Made by a program: the position numbers and the translations under genes. From an uncultured Haloferula sp. (GTDB lineage: Bacteria; Verrucomicrobiota; Verrucomicrobiia; Verrucomicrobiales; Akkermansiaceae): a stretch of DNA of 64,000 nt. Positions 1 through 9,490 of this stretch are shown here, piece by piece. The notes under the pieces are model-generated. The model was not told where the DNA came from. It saw only the letters and a list, made by a program, of their open reading frames with translations, and ran no database searches. The stretch spans positions 32,001-96,000 of the forward strand of contig CBFGTS010000010.1 in assembly GCA_965652295.1 (NCBI GenBank), written 5' to 3'. Numbering within the stretch: position 1 is the stretch's first letter; each line of letters opens with the position of its first letter.

Positions 1-29
1 GGGATGGATAAGATGGAGGGGATGTTTTT

Positions 30-686
30 TTAATCCTGCTCCTCGGTGGCGTCGGCTTCGTCCTCGAGATCGGTGGGATCGGGGCGGAATTGGGCGGCGG
101 TTTCCTGCCAGGCGGCGAGTTCGCGGAAGGGGATGACGCGGCGGATGGCGGGGAGGACTTCGATGCCGGTTTCTTCAAAGGGCTCGGCGGCGGTGAGCCG
201 GATGAGGTTGAGACGGGCGGCCTGGCGGAGGATGTCGCGGAGGCGGCCCTTGGGGACGAGGCCGGCGTCGGGGAGGAGTTGATCGCGGAGGAGGTCGGTG
301 AGTTCGGCGACGGAGAGGAAGGCCTGGTCGGCGCCTTCGTCGCGCCAGCGGACGTCGCCGGCATACCAGAGGGCGAGCCAGACAAGGGTGGCATCCTGGG
401 TGAGGCGCAGGCGCAGGGCGGCGGTGCTGGGGGTGGCCTGAATGAGGCGCTCCTCGTGGTGAACGGCGACGTCGAGGCCGCTGAGGGCGGCGATTTCGCG
501 CAGCCAGTCATCGTGCTGGCGGGCCCAGTGGTAGAGGGCGGAGCGGGACGTTTCGAGGCCGTTGATGGAGCCGCTGGAAAGGAGTTCCTGAAGCGCTTCG
601 GAGAGGCGGTCGCGATCGGTCTCGGAGAGCGGAAGCAGGGTGGGCGCGGGCTCGGTGATGAAGGCGCTGGGTTCTTCGGGCGGCAT
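30..686 (-). CDS. jetB: DUF4194-like protein, Wadjet JetB (MksE-like)
   Basis: ~218 aa from ATG 686 (MPPEEP...). The motifs LTQDATLVWLALWY...FLSVAELTDLLRDQL...IEVLPAIRRVIP resemble DUF4194. Lies directly downstream of the JetA-like gene. The ORF track's upstream extension is repeat sequence. Confidence 0.7.
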   Translation of the reverse strand: MPPEEPSAFITEPAPTLLPLSETDRDRLSEALQELLSSGSINGLETSRSALYHWARQHDDWLREIAALSGLDVAVHHEERLIQATPSTAALRLRLTQDATLVWLALWYAGDVRWRDEGADQAFLSVAELTDLLRDQLLPDAGLVPKGRLRDILRQAARLNLIRLTAAEPFEETGIEVLPAIRRVIPFRELAAWQETAAQFRPDPTDLEDEADATEEQD

Positions 687-689
687 GAG

Positions 690-724
690 GAAAGCGGAAA
701 GTGGAAAGGAGAAAGGAAAAAGGG
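690..724. repeat. Degenerate heptamer tandem repeat (GAAAGNR x5)
   Basis: gaaagcg gaaagtg gaaagga gaaagga aaaaggg, immediately upstream of the jetB start. Confidence 0.7.
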
Positions 725-727
725 TGA

Positions 728-756
728 GGGCATGGCGGATGGAATCCGCCGCCACG
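728..756 (-). repeat. REP-like palindrome (GTGG-C-GGCGGAT-TCC-ATCCGCC)
   Basis: 7-bp stem just after the jetA stop; identical 29-mer at 60673-60701. Confidence 0.75.
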
Positions 757-757
757 G

Positions 758-2221
758 TTATTTTTTGATGAGGGCGAAGCGTTCGACGCGGAGGTTTTCG
801 AGGGTGTCGAGCTCGGGCGGGGTGTCGAGGTCGTCGTTGAGGCGCTGGGGGTCGAGTCGGTAGCGGGCGTCGGGGGCTTCGGCGTGGAGGAGGACGGCGA
901 TGAGATCGGCGGGGGAAATGCCGGCCTGCTGGGCGAGTTGGTGGCTGTCGATGCTGTCGCCTTTTCCGCCGGGAAGGGCGTGGATGAAGCGGTTGGCGCG
1001 GGCGACGGAAAGGGATTCGCGGAGGGTGCGCTGCATGTCGTGGAGGCCGGAGTCGCGGTCGGTGTCGGAGACGGCGTCGTCGAAGGCATCCTGTTCGAGC
1101 GGCGGGCGGCGGTGGGGGGGCGAGTAGAGGGAATCGAGGCCGGCGGGGAGCTTCACCGCGGGCAGGAGCAGGTCGGGAAGCTCAGGAAGCGAGGCGTTGT
1201 TGCGTTGGAGCCGGCGGCCGGCGAGGAGGCGGTTGGCGGTTTCGAAGACGGTCTTGATCTCGGTGCGACGCTCGCCGGTGACGTCCTGGAGGTAGCGGAA
1301 ACGGGCGAGCGAGCGGCGGGTGAAATCGGCGGTGCGGCGGTCGATCTCATCGGCCATCGGGAGGACGCGCTCAAGGAGGTCGATGAGTTCCTCCAGCTCG
1401 GAGGCCACGCGAGCCCGGGCGGCCGCAGGGGAGAGGTCCGGCTGGCGGCGGAGGACCTCGGTCTGCATGTCGGCGAGGGTGGCGGGGTCGTCGGCGAGAC
1501 GCTCGGTGATGCGGCGGACGGCGTCGGGCAGGCGCATGGGAAGACGGGCGCGGACGAGGGCGGCGTAGCAGGAGTGGGAGATTTTCTCCGAATAGTCGTC
1601 GAAAACCACGGCGAGGTTGCCGCGGAGAGTTTCTTCTTCGAGCTGCTTGCGGGTGAAGCGCTGCACGGATTTCTGCATCGAGCGGAGCTCGTTGATGCCT
1701 TCGCGGACGTTGGAGAGGCAGTTTTCGACGGTCTGCCAGGGCTGCTCGGCGAGCGTGGTCTCATCGGCGAGCATGGCGCAGGCACCGGTGAGTTTGTCGG
1801 TGAAGACGGCGGCATCGGGCCAGGCGATCTTGCGCAGGGCGGCGATGAGGGTGGAGCCGTGGGCGTCGAAGTGGATCATGCGCCGCCAGTCGCGGCGCGG
1901 GGGTTCTTCGAGCCAGTGGGTCTTGAGGAGGTGGTCGAGGAGCAGGCGCGATCGTTCCCGGAGATCGGAGGAAGCGGCGGCGGGGTCGGTTTCCGCGGCT
2001 TCGTCGGGCTCGAATTCGAAGCTGGGGTGGCGTTCGAGGGTGTCGGCGATGAGCCCGAGGGCCGCCTCGCGTGGAATGCCATCGGGGTGGTCGGCCGTGG
2101 CCTGCTCGAGCGCGTCGAGCACGTCGGCGTAGAACGGCGCGTTCTTTCCCGAGAGGACGCGGAAAAACGCGCTGCCGCGCGTCTCCCGGAAGAGGGCGGA
2201 GGAGAGGCGTTCGTCGGTCAT
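758..2221 (-). CDS. jetA: Wadjet JetA-family protein (DUF5716/DUF3375-like, MksF-like kleisin)
   Basis: 487 aa helical protein starting LFRETRGSAFFRVLSGKNAPFYADVL; contains LLLDHLLKTHWLEE and IDRRTADFTRRSLARFRYL; paired with the DUF4194-like gene. Confidence 0.7.
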   Translation of the reverse strand: MTDERLSSALFRETRGSAFFRVLSGKNAPFYADVLDALEQATADHPDGIPREAALGLIADTLERHPSFEFEPDEAAETDPAAASSDLRERSRLLLDHLLKTHWLEEPPRRDWRRMIHFDAHGSTLIAALRKIAWPDAAVFTDKLTGACAMLADETTLAEQPWQTVENCLSNVREGINELRSMQKSVQRFTRKQLEEETLRGNLAVVFDDYSEKISHSCYAALVRARLPMRLPDAVRRITERLADDPATLADMQTEVLRRQPDLSPAAARARVASELEELIDLLERVLPMADEIDRRTADFTRRSLARFRYLQDVTGERRTEIKTVFETANRLLAGRRLQRNNASLPELPDLLLPAVKLPAGLDSLYSPPHRRPPLEQDAFDDAVSDTDRDSGLHDMQRTLRESLSVARANRFIHALPGGKGDSIDSHQLAQQAGISPADLIAVLLHAEAPDARYRLDPQRLNDDLDTPPELDTLENLRVERFALIKK

Positions 2222-2574
2222 GCGCGGCGGCAGGAAACCACTCTGCGGGCGGGTGGGCCAGCCGTTAGCGCGGGATTTCCCGTTGCACGGGGTCCGGAGC
2301 CGTCGGCACCTTGGGCGGATGTATCCCCCTGTTTGGGTTCCGCGAATCCCCCCAGATCCTCAAGCGGAACCGCGCGCCCAAGGGCCGACGGCAAATGTTC
2401 CGAAGTCGAGGAGGCGGGGTGGAGGCGGTGCCTGCTCTCGTCTCGTCGGCTCCGAAGCGACCACGGGGGTCACACCAGACGCCGGAACCATGACATGGAG
2501 AGGGTCCGGCGTCTGTCGGGAAGCCACCTGATTCGCTTGTAGGGAAATTACCTGACACGCCGGGGGGCGGCGCG

Positions 2575-3318
2575 TCACCGTCCGCCGACCCAGTTGACCG
2601 AATTCACCAGCAGCTGCTGGAAGTGAGGGTTATCGTGGGCTTCGGCGGCGTGGCCGAGGGTGATGCAGACGATCTTTGCTTTCTTGTCCTTCACGATCCA
2701 CACGCTCGGGATGTCGTCCTCGGTCTGGTCGGCCTCGTTCTCACAGCAGACCTTGACCTTCGCCTTGCGGTCGAGTTCGAAGCGGTAGTTCTCGTCGGTG
2801 ATCTTGAATTTCCGGGGCAGCTCGTCGGTGATCGGGTTCTTGCCGCCCTTCACCGTGACCTCGAATTCGCCGTAGCCGTGGCTCGGCGTGCGACCGCCGA
2901 TGAAGCGATCGTTGTAGCCTTCCCATGGGTGCGACCAGGTGGCGGCGTGCAGGAACACGAGGCCCTTGCCGGCATCGGCGAAATCGTGGAGCGCCTTTTG
3001 CCACTCCTTGCCGCCCCACTGCTCATGATTGCCGCTGAAGACGAGAACGTCGGCTTCTTTGATGAGGTCCAGGGCTTCCTGAAGGTTGGGCGTGGCGGCG
3101 ACGTCGATCTTGTCGGCGGCTTCCAGCGTTCTGGAATCGGTGCCGAGGAAAAACTTCGGGAAATCGTGGGACGAGCCGGAGCCGACGAGCAAGACCTTGA
3201 GGGTTCCGGAGGCGGCGACCTTTTCGAAGGTCTGGCCCATGGGTTCGGTGGTGTCGGGTGGCAGATCGGCCATGGCGGAGGAGGCGAGGGCGAGCGGAAG
3301 GAGCAGGCGGAGGATCAT
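2575..3318 (-). CDS. Secreted ThuA-like domain protein (class I GATase-like fold)
   Basis: Signal peptide MILRLLLPLALASSAMA; motifs GKGLVFLHAA, DENY, ITLGHAAEAHDNPHFQQLLVNSVNW. Confidence 0.8.
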   Translation of the reverse strand: MILRLLLPLALASSAMADLPPDTTEPMGQTFEKVAASGTLKVLLVGSGSSHDFPKFFLGTDSRTLEAADKIDVAATPNLQEALDLIKEADVLVFSGNHEQWGGKEWQKALHDFADAGKGLVFLHAATWSHPWEGYNDRFIGGRTPSHGYGEFEVTVKGGKNPITDELPRKFKITDENYRFELDRKAKVKVCCENEADQTEDDIPSVWIVKDKKAKIVCITLGHAAEAHDNPHFQQLLVNSVNWVGGR

Positions 3319-3480
3319 GGGTGGATTGGGATCGGTTTTTCGTATGAACGCACGTTGGGCGGACGTTTTCTTACCCGCAGCCGGTTGGCCACCTTTCATT
3401 CATGGTGGCCGGAGGCGTGGGGAAAGATGACTCACGCGATCGTTTGCAATTTCCCCGGATCTCCTGACACTCCCTCGGCC

Positions 3481-4449
3481 ATGAAACGATTCCTTCTCTC
3501 GCTCGTCCTGCTTTTCGCCCCGCTGATGGCGGCCGAAAAGGGAGGCTTTCTTTTCACCACCTTCAAAGGCGAGCAAAGTCCGATGACCGAGCAGATCTAC
3601 TTCGGTCTCAGTCGCGACGGCCGGGACTGGAAAGCGCTGAACGGCGGCGAGCCGGTGCTCGTGAGCGAACTCGGCGAGAAGGGCGTCCGTGACCCGTACA
3701 TCCTCCGCTCCCACGACGGCAAGAAGACCTGGGTGATCGCCACCGACCTTTCGATCCACCTGACCCATCACAACTGGGGCCGCGCGGTGACGGAGGGCAG
3801 CAAGTGCATCGTCGTCTGGGAAACCGAGGATCTCGTGAACTGGAGCGAGCCGTGGCTGGTGAAAGTGGCACCGGACGACGCCGGCTGCACCTGGGCGCCG
3901 GAGGCGATCTACGATGAAAAGGAGAAGGACTACCTTGTGTTCTGGGCCTCGAAGACCGAACGCGACGATTTCAAGAAGCACCGCATCTGGGCGGCGCGGA
4001 CGAAGGATTTCAAGGAGTTCGGGGAGCCCTTCATCTACATCGAGGAGCGGCGCGACATCATCGATACCGACATCGTCTTCGAAAACGGCACCTATTACCG
4101 TTTTTCGAAGGACGAGACCACCAAGGCCATCACCATGGAACACTGCGACGAGCTGATGGGCCGGTGGAAGAACGTGAGCGGCTTCTCGCTCAAGCGGCTC
4201 GAAGGTTACGAAGGCCCCGCCTGCTTCCAGCTTGAGGACGCCGCGCCTGGGAAACCCGGCAAATGGTGCCTGCTGCTCGACTTCTACAGCAAGGGCCAAG
4301 GCTATCAGCCGTACGTCACGGAGAACCTCGCCAAGGGCAAGTTCGAGAAGGCGGACGATATCAAATTCCCCTTCAAATTCCGCCACGGCTCGGTGCTCCC
4401 CGTGACCGAGGAGGAGTATCAACGCCTGGCCGGTAAATACGGCCTCTGA
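3481..4449 (+). CDS. Glycoside hydrolase family 43 (secreted)
   Basis: Signal peptide; GVRDPYILR, IATDL, WAPEAIYD, IIDTDI, EGP and RHGSV five-bladed propeller motifs. Confidence 0.85.
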   Translation: MKRFLLSLVLLFAPLMAAEKGGFLFTTFKGEQSPMTEQIYFGLSRDGRDWKALNGGEPVLVSELGEKGVRDPYILRSHDGKKTWVIATDLSIHLTHHNWGRAVTEGSKCIVVWETEDLVNWSEPWLVKVAPDDAGCTWAPEAIYDEKEKDYLVFWASKTERDDFKKHRIWAARTKDFKEFGEPFIYIEERRDIIDTDIVFENGTYYRFSKDETTKAITMEHCDELMGRWKNVSGFSLKRLEGYEGPACFQLEDAAPGKPGKWCLLLDFYSKGQGYQPYVTENLAKGKFEKADDIKFPFKFRHGSVLPVTEEEYQRLAGKYGL

Positions 4450-4472
4450 TTTCGCCAACCCCATCCAAACCC

Positions 4473-6881
4473 ATGAAACCCAGGTACTGCATCGCCGCCG
4501 TTGCGATGGCCGCGGTCGCTTCGGCCGCCGTCGAAATCGAGGTGGACGTCTCCAAGCCCACCGTCGAACTATCGCCGCACCTCTACGGCTTGTTTTTCGA
4601 GGATATCAACTGGGGTGCCGACGGCGGCCTCTATGCCGAACTCGTCCAGAACCGCTCGTTCGAGTATTTTCCCGTCGCGGAGAACGATCCGCTCGGCAAG
4701 GAGATGGTCCCGCTCTTCGCCTGGGAGAAAATCGGTGGTGAGGAGGTGGAACTGAGCGTCGAGGAAACCGACCCGCTCAACTGGAACAACAAGCACTACG
4801 CCAAGCTCACCACCGCGACCACCGCCAAGGTCGGCGTGGCCAACACGGGCTTTGATGGCATTCCGCTCAGCGAGGGTGCCGGCTATGATGTCTCGCTCCA
4901 TGTCCGCGCCGCCGGTTGGTCCGGCAACGGAGCCATCACCGCAACGCTGGTCGCGGGCGACGGCAGCGAGTGCGGCTCGGTGATGCTCGGCGAGGCGACC
5001 GACGATTGGTCGAAACTCGAGGGCGAAATCACCTCCTCGAAAACCACCGACAACGCCCGGCTGGTGGTGACGACCCAGGGCTCCGGCCAGCTCGATCTGG
5101 ACATGATCTCGCTCTTCCCGAAGGACACCTACAACAACCGGAAGAACGGCCTGCGCAAGGATCTGGTGCAGGCACTGGTCGACATGAATCCGAAGTTCCT
5201 TCGTTTCCCCGGTGGCTGCATCGCCCACGGCTGCGGCCTCGATAACGCCTATCGCTGGAAGGATACCGTGGGCGACGTCGCCGAGCGCAAGCCGAACTGG
5301 AACCGCTGGGGCTACCATCAGACCTACGGCCTTGGCTATTTCGAGTATTTCCTGCTCTGCGAAGATCTTGGCGCGGCGCCTCTGCCGGTCGTGCCGGTCG
5401 GGGTGTCCTGCGGCTTCACCGCGCCCTATGAGGCGGTGGACATGGAGAACCTGCGGGAGTGGATCGACGACGCCCTCGATCTCATCGAGTTCGCCAACGG
5501 CCCCGCCGACAGCGAGTGGGGCAAGGTCCGCGCGGAGATGGGGCACCCCGAACCCTTCGGCTTGAAGTATATCTGCCTCGGCAATGAAGAGCACGACCGC
5601 CGCGAATTCCGCGAGCGCTTCCCTCATTTCGTGAAAGCCGTCAGGGAGGCCCATCCGGACATCAAAATCATCGGCAACTCCGGGCTGAGCCCCAACATCC
5701 CGCTCTACGATCAGATGACCGAGCTGGATGTCTACAGCTCCGACGAGCACTACTATGAAGATCCGAGCTGGTTCATCGCCAACTCGGACCGCTTTGACGA
5801 CTTCGACCGCAGCAAGCCGAAGATCTTCGTCGGCGAATACGCCTCGCGCGATAAGAAGCAGTTCAACGCCGTCGCCGAGGCTGCCTACCTGACCGGGATC
5901 GAGCGGAATGGCGATATGGTCGACATGACCTGCTACGCACCGCTCTTCGGCCGCCTCGGGCACTGCCAGTGGAATCCGGATTTGATCTACTTCAACCATC
6001 GTGAAGTGGTGAAAACTCCGAGTTATCACGTCCAGCAGATGTTCGCCACGAACAAGGGGGATGTGTATCTGGAGAACTCGTTCAAAATCTCCGAAAACCC
6101 ATCCCAGCCGACCGTGTCCGGAACGGTCGGTGTCGGCTCGTGGGGCACCACCGTCGAGTTCGAGCAGATCCAGGTCAACGGACGCGAACTCGATCCGGCG
6201 GAGTGGAAGATCGAGGGCGGCGACTATGCGTCGAAAGGAGACCTGTTCGTCCAACGGGACGCCACAGCCCAACCTGCCATGGCCACGAGTTCCGCGAGCT
6301 TTTCCGGCGATGAGGTCACCCTGACCCTGCGGGCTCGGAAGACCGGCGGAGCGGAGGGTTTCGTCATCGCCTTCGGCGGTAGTGATAAGAACAGCTACTG
6401 GTTCAATGCCGGCGGTTGGCGCAACCAGCGCCACGGTCTGCAATACGGGACCGGCGACACCCGTTCGATTCTTGAGGAAACCGCTGGCTCCATCGAGGAA
6501 GGACGCTGGTATGATGTGAAAATCGAGCTCACGCCCGGTCGCATCACCTGCTCGCTGGATGGCAAGGTGGTGCTCGACCACAAGATTGGCGGCCCGCAAA
6601 TCCGCGTTGCCAGTGCCCTCGACAAGTCCACCGGCGAGGCGATTCTCAAGCTTGTCAACGTCTCCGACACCGAGCTGCCGGCGACGGTTCGCCTCAAGGG
6701 CACCGGATCGGTGGCTGCCACGGGAACCGCGATCGTCTTGGCCGGCGATGCCGATGCTGAAAATACGGTGGAAAATCCCAATCATGTGGCCCCGCAGACC
6801 AAGCAGATCGCCACCGGAACGGAATTCAGCTGCACGCTTCCCCCGACCTCGGTTCAGATGATCCGGGTGAAGGTGGATTGA
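4473..6881 (+). CDS. Alpha-L-arabinofuranosidase, GH51
   Basis: LYGLFFEDINWGADGGLYAELVQNRSFE, FLRFPGGC, LGNEE, DEHYY and FVGEYA motifs; signal peptide. Confidence 0.9.
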   Translation: MKPRYCIAAVAMAAVASAAVEIEVDVSKPTVELSPHLYGLFFEDINWGADGGLYAELVQNRSFEYFPVAENDPLGKEMVPLFAWEKIGGEEVELSVEETDPLNWNNKHYAKLTTATTAKVGVANTGFDGIPLSEGAGYDVSLHVRAAGWSGNGAITATLVAGDGSECGSVMLGEATDDWSKLEGEITSSKTTDNARLVVTTQGSGQLDLDMISLFPKDTYNNRKNGLRKDLVQALVDMNPKFLRFPGGCIAHGCGLDNAYRWKDTVGDVAERKPNWNRWGYHQTYGLGYFEYFLLCEDLGAAPLPVVPVGVSCGFTAPYEAVDMENLREWIDDALDLIEFANGPADSEWGKVRAEMGHPEPFGLKYICLGNEEHDRREFRERFPHFVKAVREAHPDIKIIGNSGLSPNIPLYDQMTELDVYSSDEHYYEDPSWFIANSDRFDDFDRSKPKIFVGEYASRDKKQFNAVAEAAYLTGIERNGDMVDMTCYAPLFGRLGHCQWNPDLIYFNHREVVKTPSYHVQQMFATNKGDVYLENSFKISENPSQPTVSGTVGVGSWGTTVEFEQIQVNGRELDPAEWKIEGGDYASKGDLFVQRDATAQPAMATSSASFSGDEVTLTLRARKTGGAEGFVIAFGGSDKNSYWFNAGGWRNQRHGLQYGTGDTRSILEETAGSIEEGRWYDVKIELTPGRITCSLDGKVVLDHKIGGPQIRVASALDKSTGEAILKLVNVSDTELPATVRLKGTGSVAATGTAIVLAGDADAENTVENPNHVAPQTKQIATGTEFSCTLPPTSVQMIRVKVD

Positions 6882-6928
6882 TCCTCTTCGGGCCGACCGA
6901 TGGCCGCCAAACCTCAATCTCTTCTGAC

Positions 6929-7930
6929 ATGATCCAAACCCTCCTCGCCCTTCTGCTGACCCTGCACGTCGCTTTCGCCGCCAGCTGGACGAATCCTCTG
7001 ATCGAACAGCGCGCCGATCCCTGCATCCTCAAACATGACGACGGATATTACTACTTCACCGCCACTGCTCCCGAGTACGACCGGATCGTGTTGCGGCGGG
7101 CCAAGACGCTCGATGGCCTGACCGGCGCCGACGAGAAGGTCGTGTGGAAACGGCACGAAAAGGGTCCCATGAGCTGGCACATCTGGGCTCCCGAGCTGCA
7201 TCGGGTCGATGGTAAATGGTACATTCACTTCGCTGCCGGCCAGGCTGAAGACGTGTGGAAGATCCGCATGTGGGTGCTGGAAAACGATGCCGCCAATCCC
7301 CTCGAGGGCGAATGGAAGGAAAAGGGCGAAATCAAGACGAAGTGGGATTCGTTTTCCCTGGATGCGACCACCTTCGAGCATGGAGGGAAGCGCTATCTCT
7401 GCTGGGCGCAGCACGACCCCGATTTCGACGGGAACACCGACCTCTACATCGCGGAGATGACCAACCCGTGGACCATCAAGCAACCGCAGGTACGGATCAC
7501 CCGCCCCGAGTACACTTGGGAGACCATCGGTCACAAAGTGAACGAAGGTCCGGCCTTCCTTCATCGGAATGGCAAGGTGTTCATCAGCTACTCCGCCAGC
7601 GCCACCGATCACAATTACTGCCTCGGGCTCCTGTGGGCGGATGAAAAGGCGGACCTGCTTCGGGCGGAATCGTGGCACAAGTCGCCGACTCCCGTGTTTG
7701 TCAGCAGCCCGCCGAACGGCCAATGGGGCCCGGGGCACAACCAGTTCACCGTGGCCGAAGACGGCAAGACCGACCTGCTCGTCTATCACGCCCGCCAGTA
7801 TCGCGATATCCAGGGTGAGCCCCTGAGAAATCCCGACCGCCACACCCGCGTTCAGGTGCTGAACTGGCGCGCCGATGGATTTCCCGATTTCGGCGAACCG
7901 GTGAAGGACGGTCCGGTGGAACTGGACTAG
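6929..7930 (+). CDS. GH43 alpha-L-arabinofuranosidase
   Basis: NPLIEQRADP, HIWAPELH, FSLDATTF, VNEGP, GPGHN and DRHTR motifs. Confidence 0.88.
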   Translation: MIQTLLALLLTLHVAFAASWTNPLIEQRADPCILKHDDGYYYFTATAPEYDRIVLRRAKTLDGLTGADEKVVWKRHEKGPMSWHIWAPELHRVDGKWYIHFAAGQAEDVWKIRMWVLENDAANPLEGEWKEKGEIKTKWDSFSLDATTFEHGGKRYLCWAQHDPDFDGNTDLYIAEMTNPWTIKQPQVRITRPEYTWETIGHKVNEGPAFLHRNGKVFISYSASATDHNYCLGLLWADEKADLLRAESWHKSPTPVFVSSPPNGQWGPGHNQFTVAEDGKTDLLVYHARQYRDIQGEPLRNPDRHTRVQVLNWRADGFPDFGEPVKDGPVELD

Positions 7931-8135
7931 CCGGTCCCGCCGGCGGGAAGCCCCTGCCGTTGCAGGCCGCAACGCTTTCTTGCATCTTGTGGCTTGAAGG
8001 GTCGCGGCGGCGCGGCGCGGGTTGTCGCACGGAAGGACGCCCATTCCTTGATTTTGCGACACCAGGCGGGTTGGGAGCGACCACGGAAGGGGACGGTGGT
8101 GTCGTTGGTACGGAGATCGCAAAGGGGACGTCGCT

Positions 8136-8720
8136 ATGAAAACCACAACCGTCTTTACCGCCCTCGCCCTCTGCACTCCTGCCCTGATGGCCGGAGAGGT
8201 GGAATACACCCAGCCCACCATGCAGACGAACTATGCCCCAGCCGGACACGTCGGTTGGTTCCTGGGTGGCGGAGCGGATTACCTCCTCGACTCTGAAGAG
8301 CCGTTCTACAACGCCCACCTCGGCTACGACTTCGGAGCCGGCCATTCGCTGTTCCTCGAATCCGGCTGGGTGGGTGAGGAAGACGATCTCTTCTTCCCGT
8401 TTCCCGCCAGCGTGGACATCGACATCGTGCCGATCACGCTGAACTACAAGTATGAGTGGCTGATCACCGACCGCTTCGGCTTCTACGCCGGGGTCGGTGC
8501 GGGTGGTGCCAACGTCGATATCGCCGGACCCCTCGGGGGCGATGACAGCTGGACCTTCACGGCCCAGGCCCTTGCGGGAGTGGTTTATGAGGTGAGCCCC
8601 AGCTTTGAACTCTACGCCGGTGCCCGCTACGCTTGGCTTGATGACGTGAGCGTTCGCGGAGCGACCTACGACGATTTGGATGATATCGGTATCGGTGCCG
8701 GCCTCCGGTTCAACTTCTGA
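8136..8720 (+). CDS. Outer membrane beta-barrel protein (8-stranded, OmpA/OmpW-like)
   Basis: Signal peptide, alternating hydrophobic strands, C-terminal GLRFNF ending in Phe. Confidence 0.8.
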   Translation: MKTTTVFTALALCTPALMAGEVEYTQPTMQTNYAPAGHVGWFLGGGADYLLDSEEPFYNAHLGYDFGAGHSLFLESGWVGEEDDLFFPFPASVDIDIVPITLNYKYEWLITDRFGFYAGVGAGGANVDIAGPLGGDDSWTFTAQALAGVVYEVSPSFELYAGARYAWLDDVSVRGATYDDLDDIGIGAGLRFNF

Positions 8721-8773
8721 AAAACCCCACAGGCATCGCCCTGCGCGGCACTTCGTTGCGAGGGCGGTGGGCG

Positions 8774-8805
8774 GCAGGCCGCTGGCGGAAGCGCCAGCGG
8801 CCTGC
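8774..8805. terminator. Perfect 14-bp hairpin between convergent genes
   Basis: gcaggccgctggcg-gaag-cgccagcggcctgc. Confidence 0.6.
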
Positions 8806-8814
8806 TTGTCGGGC

Positions 8815-8967
8815 TCAGTCGTCATAGGTGGTGGTCGTCTCTTGTTCGGTCACCGTTCCCACGCCGGGCACATAGGTGCTTTCGGTCGTGGTGGTGCGGG
8901 TGGTGGTTGCGCAGCTGGCGACGAAGGCGAAACCGAGGATGGCGAGGATCTGGATCACAGTTTTCAT
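8815..8967 (-). CDS. Small Thr-rich lipoprotein (50 aa)
   Basis: MKTVIQILAILGFAFVAS-C lipobox followed by ATTTRTTTTESTYVPGVGTVTEQETTTTYDD. Confidence 0.7.
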   Translation of the reverse strand: MKTVIQILAILGFAFVASCATTTRTTTTESTYVPGVGTVTEQETTTTYDD

Positions 8968-9474
8968 GGTTCTGGAGTTCGGATTGATGGAGGCCGGGAC
9001 GGGCCAGGCGGGCCCTGCCGCGGCAGCGACCTCCCAGCTCGATGCGTTCCCATGAGCGCGAGGTTCCGCCCAGAACCTCTGATCCTTTGGAAAGCCCGGA
9101 AGAGCCGGTGTCCGATCCGCGGATTCCCGTGGCGGTCCCCTCCGTGGACAGGTGGTGATTTGCATGGCTGGCGGGGGATTTTCGGCAGATCGCAACAGGA
9201 CCCGGCTGGCGGGGCTGGCGAGGTGCGCCGGAGGGCTGTATCGCGTGCTCGAACGGTGCCTTGGAATCGCGCCAGACTGGCTCCACAGAGGTGACTCATG
9301 CCGCGGCGGGCGGGGTCCGCCTTTGCAGGTGTTCTCGCCGACAGACTTGAAGTTCCGCTGTAGGAGGAAGCGGTTTTTGGTTCCGTAAATCGTGTCCTGC
9401 GTGTTGTCGCCCAAGGTGTTACAATCGGGTTCTATTGGCTTATGGAAGGGAGATTGTTTGTAAGGGTTAAGCTA

Positions 9475-9490
9475 TGGTGCCGAAGAAAGG
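9475..9490 (-). other. tRNA 3'-end remnant, candidate attachment (att) site core
   Basis: Minus strand reads CCTTTCTTCGGCACCA (acceptor-stem 3' side plus CCA, tRNA-Leu-like) inside an AT-rich ~170-bp stretch; no T-loop or rest of a tRNA. Confidence 0.45.

Noticed and set aside
687..755. N-terminal extension MAADSIRHALTLFPFSFPLSAFL of jetB
   Set aside because: It is a translation of the REP and heptamer array; ATG 686 is the more plausible start.
2290..2550. Known riboswitch (cobalamin, c-di-GMP, SAM) or retron msr-msd
   Set aside because: Conserved core motifs are not matched by eye and there is no reverse transcriptase nearby; kept only as an unclassified structure.
9000..9390. Integrase remnant next to the att-like site
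   Set aside because: No tyrosine-recombinase motifs found in the translated frames shown.
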